DNA of 64,000 bases, taken from positions 66,758-130,757 of the forward strand of contig DAOLSP010000006.1 in assembly GCA_035419245.1 (NCBI GenBank). The letters run 5' to 3'. The notes under the pieces were generated by a model. That model had not been told where the DNA came from. It worked only from the letters and a program-made list of their open reading frames with translations, and did not search any database. Shown here one piece after another: positions 9,480-19,010 of this stretch (its first letter is position 1; each line of letters begins with the position of its first letter). Both the position numbers and the translations under genes were made by a program. The DNA comes from a bacterium (GTDB lineage Bacteria; Zhuqueibacterota; Zhuqueibacteria; Residuimicrobiales; Residuimicrobiaceae).

Positions 9480-11394
9480 GCACGCCCTCGCCGCCGCCCT
9501 CCTGCTGCTGGCCGCACCGGCTGGCGCCGGGGAACTTGGCCCGGTCTGGTATCCCCGAGTCACGCTGGCCCGGTCACCGCATCCCCGGCGGGCCATCGAC
9601 TGGTCGCAAGAAAATCTCTATCTGATCCTGGTCGACCGCTTCTACAACGGCTGCCCGGCCAACGACTTCGGCCGCAATCCCGCCAGCTTTTGCCGCTTCG
9701 ACAGCGCCCGCAACAACTTTTCGGCCTTGAAATATTACCAGGGAGGCGATCTCCAGGGGGTCATTGACAAGCTCGATTACCTCCAGGATCTTGGGGTCAC
9801 CACCCTGTGGCTCTCGCCGCTGTTTGACAACAGCGACAGCGCCTTCGTCGGCTGGTGGCCCTACCACGGATATCACCCGATCGATTTCTTCAAGGTCGAC
9901 GAGCACTTCGGCGACATAGCGACCCTGCGGCGTCTGATCACCCTAGCGCACCGGCGCGGCATGAAGGTGCTGCTGGACATGATCTTCAACCATGTCGCGC
10001 CGGACCACCCCTGGGTTGCCCGGAAAGAGCTGTGGGAAGGGGAGGGTTACCGGTACTGGTTCCATCCCCACAGCGGCACCGACGCCTCAACCAGCATCGT
10101 CAATTGGCAGGATCAACAGCAACTCGAGACGTGCGAACTCAACGGCTTGCCCGACCTGGCCCAGGAGAATCCCCATGTCTACGATTTCCTCCTGGATATG
10201 GCCAAGTTCTGGATTGTCGAAAGCGGCTGCGACGGATTCCGCCTCGATGCGGTCAAACATATCCCGAAATCCTTCTGGGAGCGGATCTGCCGGGATCTCC
10301 ATGCTTTCGCGGGGCCGGATTTTCTCCTGCTGGGCGAAGTTTTTGCTGGCGAGACGCCGTATGTGGCCGGCTACCAGGAGCTGGGATTCAATGCCCTCTT
10401 TGACATCCCTCTTTACTACACCCTCAATCGCGTCTTCGCCCAGGGTGGCTCTTTCACGCTGCTCAGCCGTCAAACGGCCCTCAACCGCCAGTGGTACCAC
10501 GACCTACTGCTCTCGCAGGTCCTCGATAACCACGATGTCGCCCGCTTCAGCTACTGGGCGGACGGTCATGCCCGCGAAAAGATGTCCGCCGCCCTGACCT
10601 ATACCCTGGTCCAGCACGGCTTGCCGATGCTCTATTATGGTAATGAGGTCGCTCTCGAGGGAGCGGCCGCGACCAATGAGCAAACCGGAGCCGGGCAAGA
10701 CTATCTCAATCGACTGCCGATGCCTTGGCCCCGCGTGACGGGTTCAGACCGCGCTCTGGTCCGTCACACCCGTCGCCTCCTCCATCTGCGTGCCAGACTG
10801 GCCGCTCTGCGCAGTGACTCGCTGGTGGAGATTTACCAGGACTATGGGGTATACGCCTTCGTCAAATACGAGCCCAAAGAGGCAATCCTGGTGGTGCTCT
10901 CCAACTCGTCCGCTCCCGAAGAGCGGCGTTTGCCCCTGCCGCCTGGCCTTTTTTCCGCGCAAACCCGCTTCGAGGATCAGCTCTCCCCGCTACGGATCAA
11001 ACCCGACGCCGACGGCCTCTCCCTGCGCCTGAAGCCGTGGGCCAGCCATCTCTTCAGAATCAAAGGCTACTGGAACCGTCGTCTCCTCCGTACCCTGGAC
11101 TGGGCGTGCCAATTCACCCCGCGCATCAGCAGCGACATGGCCTGGGTCACGTTCCGCTATCTGGGCGACGCGCGCAGTGTCTCCCTTGCGGGTGATTTCA
11201 ACGGCTGGAGCGCCAGCGTGGACAGCCTGGCCCGCAGCAGTGAGGGTGGATGGCAGCTCCGCCTCCCGCTTAAAAAGGGCCGCTACCGCTACAAGCTGGT
11301 CATCGACAACAGCCGCTGGATCGCCGATCCTTCCGCCCCAGAGACGGAACTGGATCCCTATGGCGGGAAAAACTCCATTGTGATTGTGCCATAA
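9415..11394 (+). CDS. Secreted GH13 alpha-amylase family enzyme with C-terminal CBM48/E-set-like domain
   Basis: GH13 conserved regions: DMIFNHV, GFRLDAVKH (nucleophile), LLGEVF (acid), LDNHD. C-terminal ~90-aa AMPK-beta/CBM48-like module. Hydrophobic signal segment ALAAALLLLAAPAGA. The start is uncertain: the first ATG after the upstream stop is absent, so the nearest in-frame ATG is 9415, overlapping the ABC gene by 65 nt; a non-canonical ATT at 9475 is the alternative. Confidence 0.75.
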   Translation: MPSYSPERGSTIGSTNCNIRIRHALAAALLLLAAPAGAGELGPVWYPRVTLARSPHPRRAIDWSQENLYLILVDRFYNGCPANDFGRNPASFCRFDSARNNFSALKYYQGGDLQGVIDKLDYLQDLGVTTLWLSPLFDNSDSAFVGWWPYHGYHPIDFFKVDEHFGDIATLRRLITLAHRRGMKVLLDMIFNHVAPDHPWVARKELWEGEGYRYWFHPHSGTDASTSIVNWQDQQQLETCELNGLPDLAQENPHVYDFLLDMAKFWIVESGCDGFRLDAVKHIPKSFWERICRDLHAFAGPDFLLLGEVFAGETPYVAGYQELGFNALFDIPLYYTLNRVFAQGGSFTLLSRQTALNRQWYHDLLLSQVLDNHDVARFSYWADGHAREKMSAALTYTLVQHGLPMLYYGNEVALEGAAATNEQTGAGQDYLNRLPMPWPRVTGSDRALVRHTRRLLHLRARLAALRSDSLVEIYQDYGVYAFVKYEPKEAILVVLSNSSAPEERRLPLPPGLFSAQTRFEDQLSPLRIKPDADGLSLRLKPWASHLFRIKGYWNRRLLRTLDWACQFTPRISSDMAWVTFRYLGDARSVSLAGDFNGWSASVDSLARSSEGGWQLRLPLKKGRYRYKLVIDNSRWIADPSAPETELDPYGGKNSIVIVP

Positions 11395-11430
11395 AAAAAA
11401 AGCCGGATGCACTTTCCGGCTTTTTTTGTA
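11393..11430. terminator. Bidirectional terminator between the convergent amylase and amidohydrolase genes
   Basis: aaaaaaaaAGCCGGAtgcacttTCCGGCTttttttg: stem-loop flanked by an A-run and a T-run. Confidence 0.75.
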
Positions 11431-11454
11431 ACCTCCATGGCGGCGGCAGAGCGA

Positions 11455-13173
11455 TCAACGCGTGGGGATGGAATCGCCCCTTGCGCGCTCGAAGATCACC
11501 TGGCCGTTCAGGATGGTAAAATCGACCTGGACTTCCCGGATCTTCTCCGGCGGAAGCGTGAAAATATCCTCGGAGAGGACGGCCAGATCAGCCAGGTAGC
11601 CCTCCTTCAGCTGGCCTTTGATCTTTTCATCAAAGGAAGCATAAGCGCTGTTGCGGGTATAGCAGGCGACCGCTTCGGCGAGGGTGATTTTCTGCTCCGG
11701 GATCCATCCTTCGGGATTCTTGTCATCGAGGGTCCGGCGCGTTACCGCCGCATAGAGGCCGAGCAGGGGATTGAGCGGCGCGACGGACCAGTCGGTGCCG
11801 AAGCAGAGATGCACGCCCTGGTCGAGCAGCGAGCGGAAGGGATAAGCCTCATGGCAGCGCGCTTCACCGATGCGCTTCCAGGCCCAGCGGCCGTCATCGA
11901 TCGCGTGATAGGGCTGCATTGAGGCGATAACACCGAGCTTGGCGAAGCGGGGGAGGTCCTTGCGGGCGATGTGCTGGGCATGTTCGATGCGGAAGCGGCG
12001 GTCCCAGGCGGGATTTTCGCGGACGCAGCGATCAAAGATATCGAGCATGCGGCTGTTGGCGCTGTCGCCGATGGCATGAACGGAGAGCTGCAGACCGGAT
12101 CGATCTGCATCCAGGGCCCACTGTTCGAGACGGCCATCGAGGAGGATATCCATGGGCAGGCCGTGATGGTAGGTGCCTTCGTAGGGTGCGAAAAAGAGCG
12201 CGGTGGTCGAGCCGAGCGAACCGTCGGCGAAGGCCTTGAGGCTGCCGATGCGCAGCTGATCGTTGCCGAAATGGGCGCGGATGCCGGCGTCGGCGAGCAG
12301 ACGATATTGGCTGATGGGCAGGCGGCAATCGACGCGCAGGGTCAGTTCGCCCGTTTCGAGGAGCGTCTGATAGGTGCGGAGGTCCGCGGCCGAGCTGACA
12401 TCCTGGATGCTGGTAATCCCGCAGCGGCGCGCCAGGGCCATGGCGGCCCGTGCGCCTTCAAGACGTTCCGCCTCACTCGCGTCCGGGATGACGGCATAGA
12501 CCGGCGTCATCGCCTCGTCCTTGAGCAGGCCAGTGGGTTCCCCGCTCACCGGATCGCGTACGATCTCCCCTCCAGGAGGATCAGGAGTATTGCGGTCGAT
12601 CCCCGCCAGCCGGAGGGCGGCGGAATTGGCAAGCGCCATATGGCCGTCCAGGCGGTTGACGAAGACCGGCGTGTTGGCGGTCACGGCATCGATCAGGTCG
12701 CGGTACGGCTCGCGCGCACCGGGCCAGCTCTCGTGATCCCAGTCGCCGCCGGTAATCCAGCGGCCGGGATAGCGTTCCGCGCGCTCCTTGATCCTTGCCA
12801 CGAATTCGGCTTCGCTCCTGGCCGTGCGCAATTCTATTCCCAGGAGCTGCACGCCGCTGCTAAGAAAATGGACATGATTGTCGATGAAACCCGGCAGCAG
12901 CACCCGGCCTTTCAAATCGATCACCCGGGTGGTGCGGCCGATCAGGGCCTCGATCGCCTTGCGGCTGCCAAGGGCAAGGATCCGGTCGTTGCGTACGGCC
13001 AGGGCCTCCTCCTCGGGCCGCTGTGGATCGGCCGTCCATATCCGGCCGTTATAGAAAACCAGGTCGGCCGGGCCCGAAGGCTGCGCCCGAACCGCCACCG
13101 CCAGGATGAAGCCAGCCAGAGAGAGCGCCAAGATAAAGCGGCCACCATGCAGTGCACATTCCTGCAGCATCAT
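11455..13173 (-). CDS. Amidohydrolase-family (Amidohydro_3-like) metal-dependent hydrolase, exported or membrane-anchored
   Basis: N-terminal hydrophobic segment. Metal-binding HxH motif early in the sequence (FIDNHVHF). Size and conserved His/Asp residues of amidohydrolase family 3. Confidence 0.75.
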   Translation of the reverse strand: MMLQECALHGGRFILALSLAGFILAVAVRAQPSGPADLVFYNGRIWTADPQRPEEEALAVRNDRILALGSRKAIEALIGRTTRVIDLKGRVLLPGFIDNHVHFLSSGVQLLGIELRTARSEAEFVARIKERAERYPGRWITGGDWDHESWPGAREPYRDLIDAVTANTPVFVNRLDGHMALANSAALRLAGIDRNTPDPPGGEIVRDPVSGEPTGLLKDEAMTPVYAVIPDASEAERLEGARAAMALARRCGITSIQDVSSAADLRTYQTLLETGELTLRVDCRLPISQYRLLADAGIRAHFGNDQLRIGSLKAFADGSLGSTTALFFAPYEGTYHHGLPMDILLDGRLEQWALDADRSGLQLSVHAIGDSANSRMLDIFDRCVRENPAWDRRFRIEHAQHIARKDLPRFAKLGVIASMQPYHAIDDGRWAWKRIGEARCHEAYPFRSLLDQGVHLCFGTDWSVAPLNPLLGLYAAVTRRTLDDKNPEGWIPEQKITLAEAVACYTRNSAYASFDEKIKGQLKEGYLADLAVLSEDIFTLPPEKIREVQVDFTILNGQVIFERARGDSIPTR

Positions 13174-13228
13174 GCTTCCACCTCCGTAAATGGCGCCGGC
13201 GACAGCAGCCGGCAGGACCAGAACACAT

Positions 13229-13262
13229 AAAAAAAGGGCTGATTCCCGGGAATCGGCCCTTT
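13229..13262 (-). terminator. Rho-independent terminator downstream of the ferredoxin gene (minus strand)
   Basis: Read on the minus strand: GGGCCGATTCCcgGGAATCAGCCC followed by TTTTTTT. One G·U pair in the stem. Confidence 0.65.
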
Positions 13263-13288
13263 GGCTCTAAAATGGGGAACGCCGCTGC

Positions 13289-13474
13289 TTACTCGACGCT
13301 GATCGCGCCGGCGGGGCAGTTATCGGCAGCGTCCCGGGCGGCGGCTTCCATATCGGCGGGCACCTCTTCCGAGATCGCCACAGCCACATCGCCCTTCATT
13401 TCATAAAGTTCGGGATGATCACCAGAGCAGAGCTCGCAAGCGGTGCAGAGATCAGGATCAACTTTGGTCTTCAT
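13289..13474 (-). CDS. Small ferredoxin, single [4Fe-4S]/[3Fe-4S] type
   Basis: 61 aa; CxxCxxC…CP cysteine pattern (DLCTACELC…DNCP). GGAGG RBS 5 nt upstream of the ATG chosen (MKTK…). The ORF track starts 11 codons further upstream without an RBS. Confidence 0.8.
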   Translation of the reverse strand: MKTKVDPDLCTACELCSGDHPELYEMKGDVAVAISEEVPADMEAAARDAADNCPAGAISVE

Positions 13475-13706
13475 TACTTCCTCCATATCATTGGGTTTTG
13501 CTGTCATTCACGAAAGGCGTAAATGATCGCCGTAAATATACAAACTCCCACCCAAGGATACAAGCGAATTATTTGTCCACGGCGGGATCCTCGGCTGGTC
13601 GTGCAGCCGGGCATCGCCGGGCGAGGTATTGCGATATTTTGCTTGTTTCCTATCGCAAAAGGTGTAATTTAGGTGGGACAGAACGGACCTCAGTGAGAAC
13701 ACCGCT

Positions 13707-14954
13707 ATGATGAACTATGTCTGGTTTGCACTGGTGGCGATTGCCTTTGTCGTGGGAGCCTTCAAGGGGAACATCGAGGCGGTCACCAAGGGCGCGCTCG
13801 ACTCCGCCAGCACCGCGGTGAACATCGCCCTCGGCCTGATCGGCATCATGACGATGTGGCTGGGCATCATGAAGCTTGCCGAAGAAGCGGGTTTGGTGCA
13901 GATCCTCTCCCGGGCCATCCGCCCCGTCAGTAAACGGCTTTTCCCGGATATCCCCTCCGATCATCCCGCCATCGGCGCCATTCTCCTCAACATCTCGGCC
14001 AACTGGCTCGGTCTCAGCAACGCCGCGACCCCCATGGGCCTCAAGGCCATGGAGCAGCTCCAGACCCTGAATCCGAAAAAGGAGTCCGCGAGCGACGCGA
14101 TGATCATGTTTCTCGCCCTTAATACCGGCAGCATCACCCTCATCCCCATGACCGTTATCGCGGTGCGCGCCACCATGGGCTCGGCTAATCCGACCGAGAT
14201 CATCGGCTCAACCATTTTCGCCTCCATGCTGGCAACCCTCACCGGCATCCTGGCCGCTAAGAGCTTTCTCGCGCTCGACGCCGGCCGGGACCATTTCAGG
14301 GCCGCGCTGCGTCGCGCCTGGCGGCCCCTGGGGATTGCCGCAGCGATGGTTGCCGCCATCGCCATGCTCGCCGCCAGCGGCGTTCTCTCCGTTCTCGCTG
14401 CCCTGATGCCGCCGGACGCCTTCCGCAGCGGTGTCACGTGGGTTTCTACATGGGCCATACCGCTTCTCCTTTTCATCATTCCGCTCTATGCCTTCATCAA
14501 GAAGATCAAGGTTTATGAGGTCTTTATCGACGGCGCCAAGGAGGGATTCCAGGTGGCCGTCCGCATCATCCCCTTTCTGACCGCCATTCTCGTCGCCATC
14601 GGCATGTTCCGGGCCTCCGGCGCCATGGAGACCTTTGTATCTCTCCTCTCCCCCCTGACCAACCTGATCGGCATGCCCGCCGAGGTTTTGCCCGCGGCGC
14701 TGATGCGCCCGCTCTCAGGCAGCGGTTCCCTCGGGATCATCACCGAACTGCTTAAAAACCACGGCCCGGATTCGCTGATAGGGCGCATGGCCTCGACCAT
14801 CTATGGCTGCTCGGAGACCACCTTTTACGTCGTCGCCGTCTATTTCGGATCGGTTCAGATCAAGAACATCCGCAGCGCGATCTGGGTGGGGCTGCTCGCC
14901 GATCTCGCCGGAATCCTCGGTGCGGTCTTCATCTGCCGCTATCTTTTCGCGTGA
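13707..14954 (+). CDS. Fused SpmA/SpmB-like nucleoside-recognition (Gate) domain membrane protein
   Basis: 415-aa polytopic membrane protein. The two halves each resemble spore-maturation protein A/B nucleoside-transporter Gate domains. Confidence 0.65.
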   Translation: MMNYVWFALVAIAFVVGAFKGNIEAVTKGALDSASTAVNIALGLIGIMTMWLGIMKLAEEAGLVQILSRAIRPVSKRLFPDIPSDHPAIGAILLNISANWLGLSNAATPMGLKAMEQLQTLNPKKESASDAMIMFLALNTGSITLIPMTVIAVRATMGSANPTEIIGSTIFASMLATLTGILAAKSFLALDAGRDHFRAALRRAWRPLGIAAAMVAAIAMLAASGVLSVLAALMPPDAFRSGVTWVSTWAIPLLLFIIPLYAFIKKIKVYEVFIDGAKEGFQVAVRIIPFLTAILVAIGMFRASGAMETFVSLLSPLTNLIGMPAEVLPAALMRPLSGSGSLGIITELLKNHGPDSLIGRMASTIYGCSETTFYVVAVYFGSVQIKNIRSAIWVGLLADLAGILGAVFICRYLFA

Positions 14955-15056
14955 AAAAAGCTTTACATTTTTGCTTGCAGGTTGTAACTTCCATTCAGGA
15001 GTAGGGGGCGCATCAAGTGGATTTGGAAAACGGGGCTTGAAGGACAACCGTTCCCT

Positions 15057-15680
15057 ATGTACATTGTGATCGCTGCCATCATCGGCTTCATCGCCGCCAT
15101 CCCCATCGGCCCGATCAACGTCTATGCCATCACCCAGACGATGAAACGCGACTTTACGCATGGATTCCTGGCCGGTCTCACCTCCGCACTTCTTGATGTT
15201 ATCTTTTGCTTTGCAGCCATCGCCGGCACGCATCATCTGACCTCCCGAATCACCGAATTGCTCCCCTATATCAAGCTACTCGGCGTTATCATCATCCTCT
15301 CCATTGCCTTCCGGCTCCTCCATCAGGCCCGGCATTTTATCCCGATCAGGAGCAGCGACCAACCCAAGGTGATGACGGCGCCGCGCCCGATCATCGGCGC
15401 CATGCTACTCTATCTGACCAATCCCAGCCTGTATATGTTCTGGCTCGCTGTCGGCGGTACCATCAGCGCCCACCGCCTGGTCTCGCCGCGCGAGTGGAGC
15501 GGTCTCGTATTTGCCCTGATGGCAGGGGTTGGCACAACCCTCTGGTACCTGCTCCTCTGCCGCTATGTCGCCAAATACCACCACCAGTTTTCGCAATCTA
15601 CCTTCGCAAGAATCTTGCGTTTCACCGCCCTCATCCTCATCCTCCTTGCGCTCTATACCGCAGTCACCCTGGTGATTTAG
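15057..15680 (+). CDS. LysE/RhtB-family amino-acid exporter
   Basis: 207 aa, about six TM segments. N-terminal IGPINVY… motif typical of the LysE/RhtB family. Confidence 0.75.
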   Translation: MYIVIAAIIGFIAAIPIGPINVYAITQTMKRDFTHGFLAGLTSALLDVIFCFAAIAGTHHLTSRITELLPYIKLLGVIIILSIAFRLLHQARHFIPIRSSDQPKVMTAPRPIIGAMLLYLTNPSLYMFWLAVGGTISAHRLVSPREWSGLVFALMAGVGTTLWYLLLCRYVAKYHHQFSQSTFARILRFTALILILLALYTAVTLVI

Positions 15681-15697
15681 CGGCCAAGGGCGAAAAG

Positions 15698-15722
15698 AAG
15701 CGATTCTTTTCAAGAATCGTTT
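15698..15722 (+). terminator. Hairpin followed by a T-rich tract downstream of the LysE gene
   Basis: aaGCGATTCTTttcAAGAATCGttt: 8-11 bp stem with a 3-nt loop, then tttgacaccTTTGTTTG. Confidence 0.5.
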
Positions 15723-15749
15723 GACACCTTTGTTTGCAAAGCGTATATT
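15721..15749 (+). promoter_or_regulatory. Sigma70-like promoter for the C1 peptidase gene
   Basis: TTGACA (15721-15726), 17-nt spacer, TATATT (15744-15749). About 60 nt upstream of an AGGAGG RBS and the ATG at 15814. Confidence 0.6.
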
Positions 15750-15813
15750 GAGAGAGAGGTCCTGCTCCCATTCCGCGCGGTGGTTCAGATTTGCTCTGAA
15801 AGGAGGCCTATTC

Positions 15814-16686
15814 ATGGCAGCTATCAAATATTCCATGGGCTGGCTGCCCGACTATCCGGATTTTCGCGATTATACCCCCGATCATGCTATCATCCATCCC
15901 ATGCTGGCAAAAATCGGTTTGACGGGCAAAGGTAAAAAAACGCTGCCCGCGGCGGTGGATCTCCGTCCCTGGTGCTCCGCGATCGAGGATCAGGGTGATC
16001 TTGGCTCATGCACCGCCCAGGCTGGCGCCAGTCTGGTGGAGTATTTCGCCCGTCGTACGATGGAACGGTACACGGATGTCTCGCGGCTCTTTCTTTATAA
16101 AGTCACCCGCAACCTGATGCGGCAGAAAGGCGACACCGGAGCCTTCATCCGGACCACCATGGGCGCGCTGGTGCTCTTTGGCGTGCCTCCGGAACTCTAT
16201 TGGCCCTACAAGGAGAAGGATTTCGACAGAGAGCCGCCCGCCTTTTGCTATGCCTTTGCACAGAATTATCAGGCCATCAGCTACTATCGTCTGGACGCGG
16301 CAGGCACCAGCAAACCGGAGGCCCTGGAGGCGGTGAAAACCAATCTGGCGGCAGGGCTGCCGGTGATGTTCGGTTTTACCGTATTCAGCTCGATCACCCA
16401 GGCGAGTGATACCGGATTGATCCCCTATCCGACACAGGGTGAAAAGATCCTCGGAGGGCATGCGATTATGGCGGTGGGCTACGACGACAAGGTCGAGATC
16501 GTCAACGCCAATCCCGAGGGGCCCAAATCCCGGGGTGCTTTTCTGATCCGCAACTCCTGGGGTCCCAAATGGGGCCTGGAGGGCTACGGCTGGCTCCCCT
16601 ATGATTATCTGCTCAAGGGATTGGCGATCGATTGGTGGTCGATCCTCAAAAACGAGTGGGTCGAGACCGGGCAGTTTGAGCCCTGA
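15814..16686 (+). CDS. Papain-like (C1 family) cysteine peptidase, no signal peptide
   Basis: Catalytic Gln/Cys in QGDLGSCTAQAGAS, His in GGHAIMAVGYDD, Asn/Trp in NSWGPKWG. AGGAGG RBS 7 nt upstream of the ATG used. The ORF track includes a 31-codon N-terminal extension without an RBS. Confidence 0.8.
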   Translation: MAAIKYSMGWLPDYPDFRDYTPDHAIIHPMLAKIGLTGKGKKTLPAAVDLRPWCSAIEDQGDLGSCTAQAGASLVEYFARRTMERYTDVSRLFLYKVTRNLMRQKGDTGAFIRTTMGALVLFGVPPELYWPYKEKDFDREPPAFCYAFAQNYQAISYYRLDAAGTSKPEALEAVKTNLAAGLPVMFGFTVFSSITQASDTGLIPYPTQGEKILGGHAIMAVGYDDKVEIVNANPEGPKSRGAFLIRNSWGPKWGLEGYGWLPYDYLLKGLAIDWWSILKNEWVETGQFEP

Positions 16687-17068
16687 TCCGGACGCCTCGC
16701 TCCCGTGGCATCGCCAGGTCGGTACGAACCCAAATTCAGTTTGGGACAGTCCTGCGGCTGCGGACGGACGTGTCGTCGGGAAAACGCCGGCGGGCAAAAT
16801 TTAGCTGGTATCGATTTTATTGATTTTGCATACTTTACCATTTTAATAAGAGCGTGCCCAATGAACAGTTCGTGAAACGAACCCGATCGGTATCGTCCGG
16901 GAACAATGACAGGGTGAACCCCACATGGGGAAGGAGGTGATCGCCCAGCTTTAGGAGTGCACGGCAGTGCACGAAACAAAATCCGCTGACCCGTGGAGGT
17001 TTTGCGGTGCTCATCGACATGTGTACGCTAACAACCCCTTAGGGGCAAGTCTAACAAGGAGAGTAAAA

Positions 17069-18898
17069 ATGCGTATTCGAGCAATTGTTACCATTATGGC
17101 CCTTGTGTTGATGACCTCCTGGGCCTTCTCCCAGGAGTACTCCGCCAGAGAATCCTTCGATTATCCCATCGGCGCCTCCATCGATACCCTCATGGGCGCA
17201 GCAGCCAACGGCTTTCAGGGCGGGTGGTACAAGATCGTCGCTGCGGCCCCCAATGCGGCCGTCGCTTCCGATGCCGGCCTGCCCTATGACGACCTTAACT
17301 ACAACGTCCCCCACGCCGGCAATCACCTCGAAAGTGTGCCGTTGGCTACCGCCACCGAGCAGCGCTGGGGCCGGCACCTCGATAAAACCTGGCCCTGCGT
17401 CGCCGGCAACGTCTACTGGATCAGTATTATAATGGATGTCAAGAACGCCACCGACAACGCCACCTGGGTCGGCGTCAAGTACTACGACGGCGATACCGGC
17501 GAACTCGGCATGTTCGGCAAAGGGCACGGCATGGACAAATACTCCGTAGGCAGCGGCTGGCATGGCAGCGCCGGCCCTGAAGTATCCAATGTCTCCTGGG
17601 ATGCCGGCCCGGTCTGGCTGGTTGGCAAGACCGTAATGAAGGGCGTTGGCAACCCTGCCTACGACACCACCTACATGTGGATCAATCCCGATCCGACCGC
17701 GGGCGAGCCCAGCACGACAACCGCTGATGCCGTGGCCAATACCAGCATGGAAAACGGTTTCAATACAGTCCGCATCGAATTCGGCGGCACCGTCGGTGAC
17801 GGGCTCCAGGTCAGTTTCGACGAACTGCGCATGGGTACCTCCTTCGCCGCAGTCTCCTCCGACATCTACCTGGCCCGCGAATCCTTCGAGTACCCCGTCG
17901 GCACCTCCATTGATGCCGGAATGGGCACTGCGGGCAATGGCTGGCAGGATGCCTGGTATACCATAGTTGCTGCCCAGGCTGGCGCCGCGATCACTTCCGA
18001 TACCGGCCTGCCCTATGACGATCTCAACTACAGCATCGCCAATGTCGGCAATCACCTCGAAAGCGTGCCGTTAGCAACCGCCACCGAGCAGCGCTGGGGC
18101 CGTCGCCTCGATAAAACCTGGCCTTGCGTCGCCGGTCAGAACTACTGGATCAGCTTTATCATGGATGTCAAGAACGCTTCCGACAACGCGACCTGGCTTG
18201 GCATCAAATATTATGATGGCGATACCGGCGAGCTGGGGATGTTCGGCAAAGGCCACGGCATGGACAAATACACCGTGGGCAGCGGATGGCATGGCAGCGC
18301 CGGCCCCGAAGTCTCCAACGTCTCCTGGGATGCCGGCCCGGTATGGATCGTCGGCAAAACAGTCATGAAGGGCGTCGGCAACGCCGATTATGACACCACC
18401 TACATGTGGATCAACCCGGATCCGGCAGGTGGACAGCCCGCCGTAGCGGCCGCGGACGCCGTTGCCAACACCAGCATGGAGAACGGCTTCAACACGGTCC
18501 GCATCGAATTCGGCGGCACGGTGGGTGACGGCCTCCAAGCCAGTTTTGATGAGCTGCGGATGGGCACCACATGGGGCGACATCTCCACGCCACTGCTCGC
18601 CACTGCAGTGGAGTCCCACCCGGTCGCCTCGCCGGAATCGTTCAGCCTTTCCCAGAACTATCCGAACCCCTTCAATCCGAGCACCACGATCAATTATACG
18701 CTCCGGACCACCGGCAAGGTGCGTCTCGCCGTCTATGATATGACCGGGCGCGAGGTGGCGGTTCTCGTGGATCAGGTCCAGAATGCCGGCGAGCACATCG
18801 CCCGCTTCACCCCGAAGGACCTGCCCAGCGGCATCTATGTCTATCAACTCAGGACTGCTGATCAGCTCCTCAGCAACAAGATGGTCCTGATCAAGTAA
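17069..18898 (+). CDS. T9SS cargo protein: signal peptide, two tandem ~243-aa repeats of an unrecognised domain, type-A C-terminal sorting domain
   Basis: AAGGAG RBS before ATG 17069. Signal peptide MRIRAIVTIMALVLMTSWAFSQ. Repeat 1 (ARESFDYPIGAS…) and repeat 2 (ARESFEYPVGTS…) are ~85% identical. C-terminus LSQNYPNPFNPSTTINYTL…GIYVYQL…KMVLIK matches the Por_Secre_tail pattern. Confidence 0.85.
   Translation: MRIRAIVTIMALVLMTSWAFSQEYSARESFDYPIGASIDTLMGAAANGFQGGWYKIVAAAPNAAVASDAGLPYDDLNYNVPHAGNHLESVPLATATEQRWGRHLDKTWPCVAGNVYWISIIMDVKNATDNATWVGVKYYDGDTGELGMFGKGHGMDKYSVGSGWHGSAGPEVSNVSWDAGPVWLVGKTVMKGVGNPAYDTTYMWINPDPTAGEPSTTTADAVANTSMENGFNTVRIEFGGTVGDGLQVSFDELRMGTSFAAVSSDIYLARESFEYPVGTSIDAGMGTAGNGWQDAWYTIVAAQAGAAITSDTGLPYDDLNYSIANVGNHLESVPLATATEQRWGRRLDKTWPCVAGQNYWISFIMDVKNASDNATWLGIKYYDGDTGELGMFGKGHGMDKYTVGSGWHGSAGPEVSNVSWDAGPVWIVGKTVMKGVGNADYDTTYMWINPDPAGGQPAVAAADAVANTSMENGFNTVRIEFGGTVGDGLQASFDELRMGTTWGDISTPLLATAVESHPVASPESFSLSQNYPNPFNPSTTINYTLRTTGKVRLAVYDMTGREVAVLVDQVQNAGEHIARFTPKDLPSGIYVYQLRTADQLLSNKMVLIK
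17144..18602 (+). repeat. Tandem direct repeat, 2 x ~729 bp, within the CDS
   Basis: Period 729 nt (second copy begins ~17873), ~88% nucleotide identity. Mirrored by duplicated spurious ORFs on the minus strand (17051..18055 and 18071..18913). Confidence 0.85.
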
Positions 18899-18906
18899 AG
18901 CAAAAA

Positions 18907-18950
18907 AAGACAAGCCGGCAGTCCTGAACTGCCGGCTTGTCTTGCTTTGA
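18907..18950. terminator. Bidirectional terminator between convergent genes
   Basis: aaaaaaaGACAAGCCGGCAGtcctgaaCTGCCGGCTTGTCttgcttt: 13-bp perfect stem. Confidence 0.8.
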
Positions 18951-19010
18951 CCCGGAACGACGCTCTGGATTTATCGCTTCCCTGCCATTCCTCACCGTTC
19001 TTTGAAAAAC

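Noticed and set aside
11971-13230. 419-aa plus-strand ORF antisense to the amidohydrolase
   Set aside because: Antisense artefact in a GC-rich gene; no domain features.
17051-18913. Two similar minus-strand ORFs (334 and 280 aa)
   Set aside because: They mirror the tandem repeat in the plus-strand T9SS cargo gene; their duplication simply reflects that repeat.
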